Positions 1 through 13,327 are shown, counted from the stretch's first letter. The stretch: DNA of 64,000 nt from Balanoglossus misakiensis (GCA_040954595.2 CM082581.2:2038699-2102698), one strand, 5' to 3'. Notes: generated by a model not told the origin, from the sequence alone. Program-made: numbers and translations.

Positions 1-218
1 GCTTTTCACATCCCATGGTTTATATGTTTAAGTCAATGATGCCCTCTATTTTTGATGAACCCTGGCATTGATAGGTTTTAAAGAATTTCTAGAAAACTTT
101 CAGAACTCATGTTGGTCTTTGGAAAGGTTTCATCAGTAATTGTTCTGTGATAAACATAATTGCAGTACTGTACTTTCTCCAAACTTTGCGAGAACATTTT
201 CTTGTAGATGACTTCATA

Positions 219-431
219 CTGTAAAACAGGTTCTTTTCGCGACAGGAAATTTTCGCGATATCAAAAGAAGCAACTGTTATGCATGGATTAATTTTGGCTT
301 TCTCGTATTTCACTAACTGCATTGTTATCTAAGAAAAAAAACATTTTATGCGACTTTTGTATTTTCACATTTTTGGGGGCTCTCGCATATTTCATGAAAA
401 TTTATTGCTCGCGAAATAACCTGTTTTACAG
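219..431. mobile_element. MITE, Tc1/mariner-type
   Basis: TIRs CTGTAAAACAGGTT / AACCTGTTTTACAG flanked by TA on both sides. Confidence 0.75.
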
Positions 432-506
432 TATCCTCCATGGATTTCTTAACCTACTGATCAAGTGGGGTAATGTCTTCAGCAACGATTTCTGTAATAA
501 ACTTAC

Positions 507-687
507 CTCCCCAAGGTAGTGAAGGTATCTCGTAGCTTTCTTTAGAAACTCTTCATCAATGAAACGATCCAACTCTTTCACTCTTTTATATATATGTTTT
601 CCATTTGATGACCGGGAAACTGCTCACAATCCATTTGCTTCTTCCATCAAGTATCTTAGCACACAACTTTGGTATGTATTCTTCTCT
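507..687 (-). CDS. COR-domain exon, frameshifted (REEYIPKLCAKIL...KWKTYI / KRVKELDRFIDEEFLKKATRYLHYLGE)
   Basis: TTACAG acceptor and GTAAGT donor; 181 nt (3n+1); frame switches in the TATATA run at ~587; LHxLGE is typical of COR. Confidence 0.8.
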
Positions 688-1520
688 CTGTAACATTAAC
701 ACAGCGACATATACCAGGTTCATGTCCAGACAGGGTAAAATTCAAAACATTTCATAGACACTATTTGCCAATAGTAAACACAGAGCATTAATCCTTTAAG
801 TCGCCTTGTGTACACACACACAAACAATGGGTTGCGGAGAGGTGTTAATCCTTACACTGGCTCAGGTCTGACCAAAGCCGTCTCAAATCTGAGACGTTTC
901 AGGACCACTTAAACCATTCACACATGATAATTTACGCCAGTATTTCATCTGAGATGTTTCAAAAACGTCTTAAAAGTCCTGGGGTTCGGATTAACGTGTG
1001 TTTGTATAGTTGTTTATTTGGGAGTGGTCGTCGTGCATAATAACTGTGTAATTGCTCTCATGTACACAGAAAATAATTGAACACTTCACACTTCCACGCG
1101 ATTGACAACTGTTTGAATGGCGTGGTTATTGTTTCCCAGGGACGCTTCTGAAAAGCACTGAAACCAGATTTCTCCCAAAATCATCGTTGTTTCATAAGCT
1201 CGTGTACTTTTTCGTCGATAACTTTATGTTGTGTGTGTTTATAAAGCCAACTACTGTCGTTGTATGGTGTAATTCTTTATGCTTGGACCTGTTTGGGCCG
1301 ATTTTCAAAGAGCCAAGATCGTTGGTGTTGTCTGTTGTCAGTCAAACGGCATTAAGATTCGCCACTGATTTGGGGGGTCTTTTATACCCCGCACCGGGGT
1401 TTAACGATGACCCCATAATACTGTTGTTTGGTGAAATGAACATTCAGAAAAGCAACTCGAACAATACTGGCAACAGTGATATTCACCCTTTACAGACACA
1501 GCCCATTATTTAAAGTCTTG

Positions 1521-2210
1521 TTCTCACTAAAAGTTTGGACACCGGTGTTATGCCAGTGTTTACTCTCTGCAAACACAGGGGATTAGCCCACAGAATCTCC
1601 TTGCGTCCACACACTAAACTTTTGGCCACTGTTTTGAAATAAACACTGTCTAAATGGCCATGTTTAGCAACACGGCAACTAACAAAATTGAGGATGTCGA
1701 GGACATTACAGCAACATGTTGCAGTTTATATACCTGCATATACGTTCTAGACGACTTTGTGACAGTTTTGATAATGTTTAGAAGTAAATGAATGTTAATC
1801 CATAAATGGAAAATGCCTCGGCTTTTTGGTGATCGAGAGAACCTTCTGAAAGTTGGTAGCAGACTGAAGTGTTGCAGACCTGGCAAACTGCGAATGGTTT
1901 GAAAACCACTCGCATCCAGTGTGATTGACTTAACAATGGAAACTGACCAAAGACAATGGGCTATACCTAATAAACATACCCAAAAGTCACTGCAGGGTGG
2001 CGCTTTTGAACGGTGTTTGTTTATCTTTGCGTTCTCACTGATTATTTGCGTCGGAGCGCTGGCCCAGCACTGGCCCTGACCCACCACCCATCGCTGTCGC
2101 AAATTAACACCGGCCCAACACCGGTGTAAAGCGTTCTCACTTGTTTTTTTCCGTCGGTGTCAAATCTACACCGATGTAGCACCAGTGTAAACGTGCCAGT
2201 GAGAACGCCC
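1521..2210. mobile_element. Degenerate non-autonomous DNA element, possibly Harbinger-like
   Basis: Imperfect inverted ends GTTCTCACT...CACCGGTGT and ACCAGTGTAAAC...AGTGAGAACGCCC, with internal GCGTTCTCACT copies. Confidence 0.4.
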
Positions 2211-2432
2211 TTTTAGACAGTTCTGATACCCGGTAAGTCAAAAGTATACAACCTTGACTTATTTCCCACTGATAAGAGTTCAGTTATTACTATCTGATAG
2301 TTGGCTTTCTTGGACTCTATGCATTACATGAGAGTATTAAGGTGATGTAAAGCATGCCTTTGTCAAATATGGCCCTAATGAATTAACATGTTCAATCCAG
2401 TCACACATTGCAGAATATCTATAAAACCATAC

Positions 2433-2581
2433 CTTTGCACTTCGTAGACATTCACGCAATCTGTGCATATCATTATGCTGTGAGTTGTGACAATTTAGTA
2501 TGAATGTCTCATCAAGAATATTCAGGTATTTGCCAAAGGTCTTCTGAGCTGTCTGGAGTATTTCCCTCATCACCAATTCAG
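2433..2581 (-). CDS. ROC C-terminal exon (AELVMREILQTAQKTFGKYLNILDETFILNCHNSQHNDMHRLRECLRSAK)
   Basis: TAG acceptor after a pyrimidine tract, GTATGG donor; phase 1 to 0 matches the neighbouring exons. Confidence 0.8.
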
Positions 2582-2942
2582 CTATCAAGAAAAAAGTAAT
2601 GATCTCTTGATAGATTTTTATTTACAAAGTATGGACATATACACAGAAGAGGCCACTTTGGTGCTGTTTTGTATTTTTTGAAAGCATCCGGTGAAATTCT
2701 ACATCAATCACACTATCTGAATAGGTAAAATGTTGAATAGTAATGAGATCTCCTTTTGCATAGGTTCAGATGTAGTATGGGTGTCCCTTTCGAACAGAAC
2801 AGCCAAGAATCAGCAAAGGTAAAGACAGCGCCCAACACTACATCTGGTTTTAATCAGATTGAGTGTACTCCCACACCAGGCTCCCAATTGTGTGAATACC
2901 CTCGCTCTTGTCACCTTTTATCTAAACATGTACTGAACATAC

Positions 2943-3069
2943 CTTCTTTCTTGTGTTCAGCTTTCAACAAATCAGCCTTGCTTCCAATCAATATCACTTT
3001 TGGTTTACTCCCACCCTCATCCATATCTTGTGGTATGATTGCCTTAAGGAATGCAAGCCATGATGTCAC
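2943..3069 (-). CDS. ROC exon with G4 motif (VTSWLAFLKAII...PKVILIGSKADLL)
   Basis: TAATAG acceptor, GTATGT donor, 127 nt; WL and ILIGSKAD motifs of ROC GTPases. Confidence 0.85.
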
Positions 3070-3375
3070 CTATTAAAGAAAGACATGAAGAAGAATATAA
3101 AGTCATCAATCATATTATATTCAATCAGTCCCTAAATCTGGATAAAAACAAAAAGAGATAAATGTTTCACAAATATATATACTGTGCCATTCATCTTTAC
3201 TTTAATTTCATTCACAATATTGCACCACCTAATTCACTGATGCACTGCTTAGTAATAAAAAAAATATTGTAATATATGCACTGTGCCCTTTCTGAGTTTC
3301 ATCTTTACCTTTATTCCATAATTGCCCAAAATATTAATATCACTTATCATCAGTAACAAAAAAACAACGACCCAC

Positions 3376-3660
3376 CTCTTGTCTCTGCTGTTGCATAAGT
3401 TTTCTTGGTGTCCAAACTACATCCTGCTTGTCCTCAGCCATTTTGAAGACCAATAAAACCACTGCATTCTCGACTCTTAGGAACATATTATGTGTGACAT
3501 AGTATTCTGTTTGTCCTGCAAAGTCCCACACACTGAACTTGCCAATCTTGGGTATGGATAATGTGGCTACATCTATGGCGGGTGTTGGTGTGTACTGCAT
3601 GTTCCCTGGTAAAGGTGCTTTCTCTTCTGACCGTCGAGTCAATTTTGCTTGCACAAAGTT
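3376..3660 (-). CDS. ROC exon with switch I/II (TPTPAIDV...FSVWDFAGQTEYYVTHNMFL)
   Basis: Within ORF 3340..3666; 285 nt, phase 0/0; WDFAGQxEYYxTHxxFL is the Roco signature. Confidence 0.92.
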
Positions 3661-4102
3661 CTGCATTGTAATATATGAACATAAGTGATGATTTTCTCAC
3701 AATTTAGAGGTTGTAAACTTATAAACGGCAAGCGAGAGTATTTGATTCCGGATATAAGACCTCCCAGGTGAAACTTAGCATATTTGGCGGGAAATAATCA
3801 CTGAGCGAGGCGAGGCGTTCTGTTCTATGTGTCCCATTTCGGTTATTTTTTAGTTATTCACTGTTCAGGGTTCAGGTCTTCTCGTTGAGGATATAAACCG
3901 CGACTCGGGCCAATCAGCAAGCTTGATTAATGCCAATCATATTGTAATAATATAAAATATTTGGAGAATTGGTTGGTCAACAAAATATGTACCCTGATTT
4001 CCACTGAAATGTAGTCTTCATGAAAACTTTAATATTTGCACAAATCCTTCACTCCTCAAAAACAGCAATAATTGGCATTCATAATCAAAGATTTCTACAC
4101 AC

Positions 4103-4230
4103 CCGCTGCAATGATTCTTTGAGTGTAGTTTTGCCATTCCCACCGTATCCAGCTAACACAATCTTTGTAGTATTACGCTGACACCAGGTTGTCACATGAG
4201 TGCTGTGAATTCTTTTTGGCGGGAAAACAC
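4103..4230 (-). CDS. ROC P-loop exon (VFSRQKEFTALM*QPGVSV / NTTKIVLAGYGGNGKTTLKESLQR), apparently with a stop and a 1-nt deletion
   Basis: GACAG acceptor, GTGTGT donor; GxxxxGKT motif; 128 nt (3n+2). Confidence 0.82.
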
Positions 4231-4952
4231 CTGTCAGAATTTGAACAGATATGTTATGTGTTATATATATTGGGAATTTTTACACTCAATTTACATGCCT
4301 TTCAATTAAACACCATGTCTTCAAAGAAGTCACATGACATTTTGCTTCAGAAAAGATATTGATAAAAACGCTAGTATCAAAAAATATAATTTACATTGTT
4401 AACTACACTATTATGATGTGCTTATGATGTGGAAGCTATCATTAACACTATAGAAATAATGCATAGTTAAAGCCTCATGAGCTGCCAAATTTAACATATT
4501 TTTTCCATAACTTCTATTTGCATAAGTTTGTCATCTCTTTGTGACGCACACCTCGATAGTTGTGTACTCTTTGTGTATATTCAACATTGTTATTTTGCAA
4601 AATTTGAATTGAAGTCCGGACTAGAATTCATGAGTCAACAATAACAATGGTTGTTACAGAGACAGGCAATATACACAAGTTGAGTACTGGGCATATTAGC
4701 ATGCAGTTTGGAGAAGAACATGAAATTGCATTTTGTACACAAAAGGAAAAAAATCTGGAAATAAAGCCAAAAGTTATAGGTAATGTCCCTTTAATGCCTT
4801 CCTAGCTGGCACAATAGAATAAGTATGTAGTTAAAAATTTATATGACAGTCTGGTTTTATGTTTTCCATGTTATAAATATAGAAGATAAATTCAAATACA
4901 CTAGTGATATGATATGTTTTCATAGCCATTTATTATCAACATTACGACGTAC

Positions 4953-5012
4953 CTTATGATGGTTGATCAGGTCTCTTTTGTCATCTCTGTCATACACTGA
5001 GTTTATAACTGC
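4953..5012 (-). CDS. Linker exon (AVINSVYDRDDKRDLINHHK)
   Basis: TACAG acceptor, GTACGT donor, 60 nt, open in phase 0. Confidence 0.55.
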
Positions 5013-5219
5013 CTGTATTTTCATTGATGAAAACAGAACATATATGATTGATTATATTATACCAGTATATTGATGGTGTAAATCACGCTATTTTATTGGT
5101 CGAGACACGACACGTGACTGTGATATATTAGCCATATACCACAGTCATATAGCATAGTCAAAGAAAATGCCTTTTTAAAATGTTTTATGCAAAGTTTCAA
5201 TATACTGGCATAATATAAT

Positions 5220-5366
5220 AGCAATAAAACACCCCCAGCCATGGTATACCACTCGATTTTGACCAGTTCAACACCATATACGCACTCGCTATCGCTCCTG
5301 CGTATATGTCGTGAACTGGTCAAAATCGAGTGCGTATATGTCGTGAACTGGGGGTGTTTTATTGCT
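5220..5366. repeat. Palindromic (foldback) miniature element
   Basis: AGCAATAAAACACCCCCA / TGGGGGTGTTTTATTGCT ends, plus an inner inverted pair CACTCGATTTTGACCAGTTCA. Confidence 0.7.
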
Positions 5367-5793
5367 TAAATGAACTAGCTGTAAAGTACAGGATTATGAC
5401 AATTATACCACACCATGCATATTATGGACACTATTGTTAAATAATTTTGGTAAAAAATAAATGGATTTAAATATCCATGTGTCAGGTGTGAGTTGCCGGT
5501 AAGCTTTATAAAACTGGTCAATGAGCATCTTTTAGAACAACAGAAAGAGCCAATTGGTAAATAACTGAAATACAGCCAAATCTCACAGTCCAAATTGGCC
5601 AGTCAGAGTGACTTTCCTAAATTGGCCTTAATAGACAGGTGGCCTGTATATACAAGTCAATAATTGCCCATGTTAACTGCACAGGGACTGTAACAAAGTG
5701 GCCACTATATAGAGGTGGTCGGTAACTGACACAATTTCACTGTTTTATCAAAAGTGAGTAACCTTGCCCTTTTAAATCTAACTCAATACTTGC

Positions 5794-5904
5794 CTGATAT
5801 ACTTTCTCATTGTCAAAATGATATTCCACAAAGGCTCTTGCAATATTGGTGCCTGCACCCCGCCCAGCCTTCCTTCCTGCCTCTTGACAAGGAGTCACTA
5901 CGTT
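5794..5904 (-). CDS. C-cap-like ankyrin exon (NVVTPCQEAGRKAGRGAGTNIARAFVEYHFDNEKVYQ), probable GC-AG donor
   Basis: TTTTCAG acceptor; CAG|GCAAGT donor gives 111 nt in phase 0; TPxxxA motif. Confidence 0.6.
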
Positions 5905-6971
5905 CTGAAAATGGATCACAAATTTTCATAGATGAATACATGCATCAGATGATTGAGGCACGCACACCTATAAGTCAAATTTTAGGTCCTCCCAAACACT
6001 GAGATAATTTGCTCTTGAGTTCATAAAAATGCAACTTTGAGCTACATATTTTACAAAATTTTCTTATGTGGGAGGGGGACACCCCCTCGCACACCCCTCC
6101 CCCTCCATTCTTCGCCACATATCATTTATTCGCTGGTTTGTCTAGTGTACCACGGCAAACTTCTACCCACCCTACTCCCGATGTTTACTTTGAGTGGAGT
6201 GGCAAAATTAAAATTTGTCCTGCCTAACATTGAGTTAATTTGCTTTAGAGTTCATTCGAATGCAACTTTGAGCACCGTATTTTACAACATTTTCTTAAAT
6301 TTTCTATTGTATTGACTTGTCATTTTATTTTGTTCATATATTTTTTTTTGCAACGATATACTATTATATATACTTCAATTACTTTAAGAAATTTATAATT
6401 GAGGTGTGAGGAGCCTCATTCCCTTTATTGCATACAGTGTACATAGGATCAGCACGGCGAATGTTTTCAGCGGGGGAGGGGGGGGGGGGCGGGTCATCAT
6501 ATTTTGGGTCTGTCAAAGGGGGGGTCATCATTTTTTGGTCCAGGGTGAAGGGGGGGTCGGCCTGATTTTGAAAATCGATGACCCAAACTTGCCCCCCCCC
6601 CCAGCCGTAAAAACAGTCCCTAACGTGTATTCGATGCGAGCTGGAAGTCAAATGAACGGTTACTCACGTTGGAACACCCATTCAAAATATGCAAATTAGG
6701 AAAAGACGCATATGCATTCTTTTCATCCCCAGAGACACACGCAGGAAATCAAGCAAGTGCGGCCACTAGCTGGAAGAGCTGAATTCAATGCATTGCCTTG
6801 TGATGTTCATGATACAGGGGGGTGATGATCAATGAATAGAACAACAATTGATTGATTAACAAAGAAAGAAAGAAAGGAATGCAAATCGTTTCCACACCTG
6901 CCTGTATAACACCTGACCCGACAGAGTGAGCAGTTTTGATTCAAAGGACAATGACAAAATTATATGACATA

Positions 6972-6999
6972 TGCTGCAAAATGCAAAGGGGTCACCTTT
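6972..6999 (-). pseudogene. Truncated, frameshifted relic of a cassette ankyrin exon
   Basis: Same intron and acceptor as the other cassettes (CTTACAG, TTTG microsatellite), then ACCCCTTTGCATTTTGCAGCA with a 2-nt deletion; homology then stops. Confidence 0.7.
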
Positions 7000-7130
7000 C
7001 TGTAAGTCATGAAGGAAGAGCATGAGAACAATGTCACAAAAATTGAAATGAAAAGTGTTTTCTTATACAAACAAACAAACAAACAAACAAACAAACAAAC
7101 AAACAAATAAACAAACAAATAAATGAATAA

Positions 7131-10100
7131 TTAAAGCTGCAAGCAGCATTGTCCGGGCCCAAGCTCTATTATCTGATCTGATATTAGATATGCACATAAT
7201 TAATGAGTAGAAACATAATGCTGTTTTATCCCATGAAATATCAAGGTTATATCTATGTTTGGTGCTGTTAAAGTGTTAAGTAGGTCAAAAGTCACCCAGA
7301 GGTCACCCAACATTTGGGCAGAAAATGTTGACCCATAGTGGTCCATGTCCAACAAAAACCAGACCTCTAGCCCTTTTGGTTAGCCTAGAATTAAGTATGC
7401 ACATAATTAATTAGTTAAGCAGGTGTCACAGGTGACCCAAAACTTTGGCTTTTCATTATGGCCCCATACCTCCAAACGCCAAGGCTGTATCTGCTGTGGA
7501 TGTCGAGATATGCAAAAGTAGGTCAAAGGTCACCCGAGGTCACCCAACATTTGGGCAAAATATTTTGACCCCATACTCGTCCATGTATAACAAAAACAAA
7601 ACCTCTAGGTCTATTGGTTCATCTGTAATTAGGTATGTACATATTTAATGAGGTCAGGAGAGGTCAAAGGGGTCATGAAAAGTAGCAAAATTTTTGAATC
7701 ACATACAAATCCACATACATCAAAAACCAAACTTATAGCCCTATTGGTTAGCCTGGAATTAGATATGCAGAAAAATCATGCGTCAAAAGTAGGTCAAAGG
7801 TCATTGCCAAAATTACCAAAATATTGATAGCTTATTCTTGGCATATGATGATTCATATCCGTAAAAAGAATTTCTGTGCTATCAATTTTTAGGCTAGAAA
7901 GGGAATTTTTACTTTTTAATCGTTTTTCACAAAATCCAATATGGCCGCCATAATCTTCCACAAATCACATTCCTCTTCGCAAACTTGATAGACATCTGTT
8001 TAATGACCACACACACCAAATCTTGTGACTCAGTTATCACCGGTTCTTGAGAAGAAGATTTTTGAAATTTTACTAGGGTTTTTCGAAAATCCAATATGGC
8101 CGCCATAATCTTCGACCAATCACAATGATCTTCGCAAACTTGATAGACCTCAGCTTGGTGACCAAATACCCCAAACCGCGTGACTCGGTTATCGCTGGTT
8201 CTGGAGAAGAAGATTTTTGAAATTTTGACCAGATTTCAGAAAAACAACTGTAGCAAAAAAACTGCAACATCGACAGCAAAATATCCCATTACAAAAATGA
8301 TGGGCAAAAGGTACACTACCAGCACACCAAATCTGAAGTAAATCTGACTTGTAGTTTCTGAGATCTGAGATTTGCATTTTTTCAGAAAATCCAATATGGC
8401 CGCCATGTCACGTGACTAATTAAAAATTCAAGAGTTCAATGCACGACTACCCATTGACCTTGACCACTGTAGCAAGTTTGAGAAGTGTACCTGCAGCGGT
8501 GTCTGAGATCTAGAGCGACAAAGAAATGACAGAAGAATAAAGAAAGAAAGAAAGAATTAAAGCTGCAAGCAGCATTGTCGGGCCCAAGCGCTGATCTTGA
8601 ATTATATATGCACAGTATGAATGAGAAGAAACAGAATTTTCTATCGGGTGTATTATCTCATGACATAACAAGGGTGTATGTATTTTTGCTGCTGAAATAG
8701 GGTAAAGTAGGTCAAAGGTCACCTGAGGTCATCCAACATTTGGGCAAAAAATTTTGACCCATGCTGGGCCATGTCCAACAAAAACCAAAACTCTAGCTCT
8801 ATTGGTTCGCGTGTAATTAGGTATGTGCATATTTAATGAGGTCAGCAGGTGTCACAGGTGACCCAAAAATTTGGCTTTACATTTAGGTCCCATCCTGCCA
8901 AATGCCAAGGCTGTATCTGCTCTGGATGTTGAGATATGCGAAAGAAGGTCAAAGGTCACCAGAGGTCACCCAACATTTGGGCAAAAAAATTTGATCCCAT
9001 ACTGGTTCATGTACAACAAAAACCAAACCTCTAGCTCTATTGGTTCGCCCGTAATTAGCTATGCACATAATTAATGAGGTCAGCAGAGGTCAAAGGGGTC
9101 ATGAAAAGTAGCAAAATTTTTTGATCACACACTAATCCACATGTATCAAAAACCAAACGTCTAGCCCTATAGGTTAGCCTGGTATTAGATATGCAGAAAA
9201 AATAACATGTGAAAAGTAGGTCAAAGGTCATGTGAAAAATCGCCAAAAATTTGTAACATATTTTAGTCACATGACGATTGATATCCATACAAAGAATTTC
9301 TATGCTATCAATTTTTAGACTAGAAAAAGGAATTTCATTTTTTCGATGCTTTTTACAGATTCCAATATGGCCGCCATAATCTTCGACCAATCACAATGTT
9401 CTTTGCAAACTTGATAGACATCAGTGTAGTGACCATACTCCCCGAATCTTGTGACTCAGTTATCGCCTGTTCTGGAGAAGAAGATTTTGGGAGTTTTACT
9501 ATGGTTTTTCGAAAATCCAATATGGCCGCCATAATCTTCGACCAATCACAATGATCTTCGCAAACTTGATAGACCTCAGTTAGGTGACCCCATACCCCAA
9601 ACCGCGTGACTCCGTTATCGCCGGTTCTGGAGAAGAAGATTTTTGAAATTTTGACCAGATTTCAGAAAAACAACTGTAGCAGAAAAACTGCAACATTGAC
9701 AGCAAAATATCCAATTACAAAAATGATGGGCAGAAGGTACACTATCAGCACGCCAAATCTGAAGTCAATCTGACTTGCAGTTTCTGAGATCTGAGATTTG
9801 CATTTTTTCAGAAAATCCAATATGGCCGCCATGTCACGTGACTAATTAAAAATTCACGGGTTCAATGCACGACTACTCATTGACCTTGACCACTGTAGCA
9901 AGTTTGAGAATTGTACCTGCAGCGGTGTCTGAGATCTAGAGCGATAAAAAATGGACAGGAGAATAAAGAAAGAAAGAAAGAATTAAACCTGCAAGCAGCA
10001 TTGTCCGGGCCCAAGCTCTATTATCTGATCTGATTATTAGATATGCACATATGTGTTTTATCCCATGAAATATAAAGATTATATCTATGTTTGGTGCTGA

Positions 10101-13100
10101 AATAGTGTTAAGTAGGCCAAAGGTCACCCGAGGTCACCCAAAATTTGGGCAGAAAATTTTGACCCATAGTGGTCCATGTCCAACAAAAACCAGACCTCTA
10201 GCCCTTTTGGTTAGCCCGGAATTAGGTATGCAGATAAATAATGCGTAAAGCAGGTGTCACAGATGACCCAAAACTTTGGCTTTTCATTATGGCCCCATAC
10301 CTCCAAATGTCAAGGCTGTACCTGCTTTGGATGCCGAGATATGCAAAAGTAGGTCAAAGGTCATCTGAGGTCATCCAAAATTTGGGCAGAAAATTTTGAC
10401 TCATAGTGGTCCATGTCCAACAAAAACCAGACCTCTAGCCCTTTTGGTTAGCCCGGAATTAGGTATGCACATAAATAGTGAGTAAAGCAGGCGTCACAGG
10501 TGACCCAAAACTTTGGCTTTTCATTATGGCCCCATACCTCCAAATGCCAAGGCTGTGCCTGCTTTGGATGCTGAGATATGCAAAAGTAGGTCAAAGGTCA
10601 TCTGAGGTCATCCAAAATTTGGGCAAAAAATTTTGACCCCATACTGGTCCATGTCCAACAAAAACCAAACCTCTAGCTCAATTGGTTCGCCTGTAATTAG
10701 CTATGCACATAATTAATGAGGTCAGCAGAGGTCAAAGGGGTCATGAAAAGTAGCAAAATATTTTGATCACACACTAATCCACATTCATCAAAAACCAAAC
10801 GTCTAGCCCTACAGGTTAGCCTGGAATTAGATATGCAGAAATAATAACGTGTGATAAGTAGGTCAAAGGTCATGTGAAAAATCGCCAAAAATTTGTAACA
10901 TATTGTAGTCATATGACGATTGATATCCATAAAAAGAATTTGTATGCTATTAATTTTTATACTAGAAAAAGGAATTTTAATTTTTCACTGCTTTTTACAA
11001 AATCCAATATGGCCGCCATAATCTTCGACCAATCACATTCCTCTTCCCAAACTTGATAGACATCTGTTTAATGAACACACACACCAAATCTTGCGACTCG
11101 GTTATCGCCGGTTCTTGAGAAGAAGATTTTTGAAATTTTACTAGGGTTTTTCGAAAATCCAATATGGCCGCCATAATCTTCGACCAATCACAATGATCTT
11201 CGCAAACTTGATAGACATCAGTTAGGTGACCACATACCCCAAACTCCGTGTCTCGGTTATCACCGGTTCTGGAGAAGAAGATTTTTGAAATTTAAGCCAG
11301 ATTTCAGAAAAAAAATTGTAGCAAAAAAACTGCAACTTTGTCAGCATAATTTCCAATTACAAAAATGATTGACAGAAGGTAGTCTACCTGCACGCCAAAT
11401 TTGAAGTTGATCTGACTCGTAGTTTCTGAGATCTGAGATTTGCATTTTTTCAGAAAATCCAAGATGGCCGCCAGGTCATGTGACTAATTAAAAATTCATG
11501 GGTTCAATGCACGACTACTCATTGACCTTGACCACTGTAGCAAGTTTGAGAACTGTACCTGCAGTGGTGTCTGAGATCTAGAGCGACAAAGAATTGACAG
11601 AAGAATAAAGAAAGATTAAAGCTGCAAGCAGCATTGTCCGGGCCCAAGCTCTATTATCTGATCTGATTATTAGATATGCACATAATTAAAGAGTAGAAAC
11701 ATAATGCTGTGTTTTACCCCATAAAATATCAAGGTTATATCTATGCTTGGTGTTGATAAAGTGTTAAGTAGGTCAAAGGTCACCCAGAGGTCACCCACAA
11801 TTTGGGCAGAAAATTGTGACCCATAGTAGTCCATGTCCAACAAAAACCAGATATCTAGCCCTTTTGGTTAGCCCAGAATTAGGTATACACATAAATAATG
11901 AGTAAGCAGGTGTCACAGGTGACCCAAAACTTTGGCTTTTCATTATGGCCCCATACCTCCAAACGCCAAGGCTGTATCTGCTGTGGATGTCAAGATATGC
12001 AAAAGTAGGTCAAAGGTCACCCGAGGTCACCCAACATTTGGGCAAAATAGTTTCACCCCATACTGGTCCATGTATAACAAAAACAAAACCTCTAGGTCTA
12101 TTGGTTCACCTGTAATTAGGTATGTGCATATTTAATGAGGTCAGCAGAGGTCAAAGGGGTCATGAAAAGTAGCAACATTTTTTGATCACATACAAATCCA
12201 CATACATCAAAAACCAAACTTATAGCCCTATTGGTTAGCCTGGAATTAGATATGCAGAAAAATGATGCGTCAAAAGTAGGTCAAAGGTCATTGCCAAAAT
12301 TACCAAAATATTTATAGCTTATTCTTGGCATATGATGATTCATATCCATAAAAAGAATTTCTGTGCTATCAATTTTTAGGCTAGAAAGGGAATTTTTTCT
12401 TTTTAATCGTTTTTCACAAAATCCAATATGGCCACCATAATCTTCGACCAATCACATTCCCCTTCGCAAACTTGTTAGACATCTGTTTAATGACCACACA
12501 CACCAAATCTTGTGACTCGGTTATCGCCGATTCTTGAGAAGAAGATTTTTGAAATTTTACTAGGGTTTTTCGAAAATCCAATATGGCCGCCGTAATCTTC
12601 GACCAATCACAATGATCTTCGCAAACTTGATAGACATCAGTTAGGTGACCACATACCCTAAACCCCGTGTCTCGGTTATCACCGGTTCTGGAGAAGAAGA
12701 TTTTTGAAATTTAAGCCAGATTTCAGAAAAAAAATTGTAGCAAAAAAACTGCAACTTTGTCAGCATAATTTCCAATTACAAAAATGATTGACAGAAGGTA
12801 GTCTACCTGCACGCCAAATTTGAAGTCGATCTGACTTGTAGTTTCTGAGATCTGAGATTTGCATTTTTTCAGAAAATCCAATATGGCCGCCAGGTCACGT
12901 GACTAATTAAAAATTCATGGGTTCAATGCACGACTACTCATTGACCTTGACCACTGTAGCAAGTTTGAAAACTGTACCTGCAGTGGTGTCTGAGATCTAG
13001 AGCGACAAAGAATTGACATAAGAATAAAGAAAGAAAGAAAGAAAGACTGAAAAATACCAACGAAACCAATAGGGCCCAAGCCTGGCTTGGCTTGGGCCCT

Positions 13101-13276
13101 AAAGAAGGAAAGACAGAAAAACCCCAACGAAACCAATAGGGCCCAAGCGCTGGCTTGCGCTTGGGCCCTAAAAACCCCAACGAAACCAATAGGGCCCAAG
13201 CGCTTGCTTGCGCTTGGGCCCTAAAAACCCCAACGAAACCAATAGGGCCCAATCGCTGGTATGCGCTTGGGCCCTA
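7131..13276 (+). mobile_element. Nest 1: four nested ~1.43-kb non-autonomous Helentron/HINE-like elements
   Basis: Heads (TTAAAGCTGCAAGCAGC...GGGCCCAAGC) at 7131, 8557, 9983, 11616; (GAAA)n tails; four terminal hairpins at 13070-13276. Confidence 0.8.
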
Positions 13277-13327
13277 AATATATCCGCATTGATAGAATAA
13301 ACCTGCAGAAGTCAGGTTGGTATTTAC

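Noticed and set aside
3668-3950. Repeat-like segment in a ROC intron
   Set aside because: Looks TE-derived, but termini and family could not be defined from a single copy.
13060-13276. Short palindromic repeats resembling a CRISPR array or terminators (also 19260-19477 and 24765-24915)
   Set aside because: No unique spacers, no cas genes and a eukaryotic context; they are explained as stacked transposon 3' ends.
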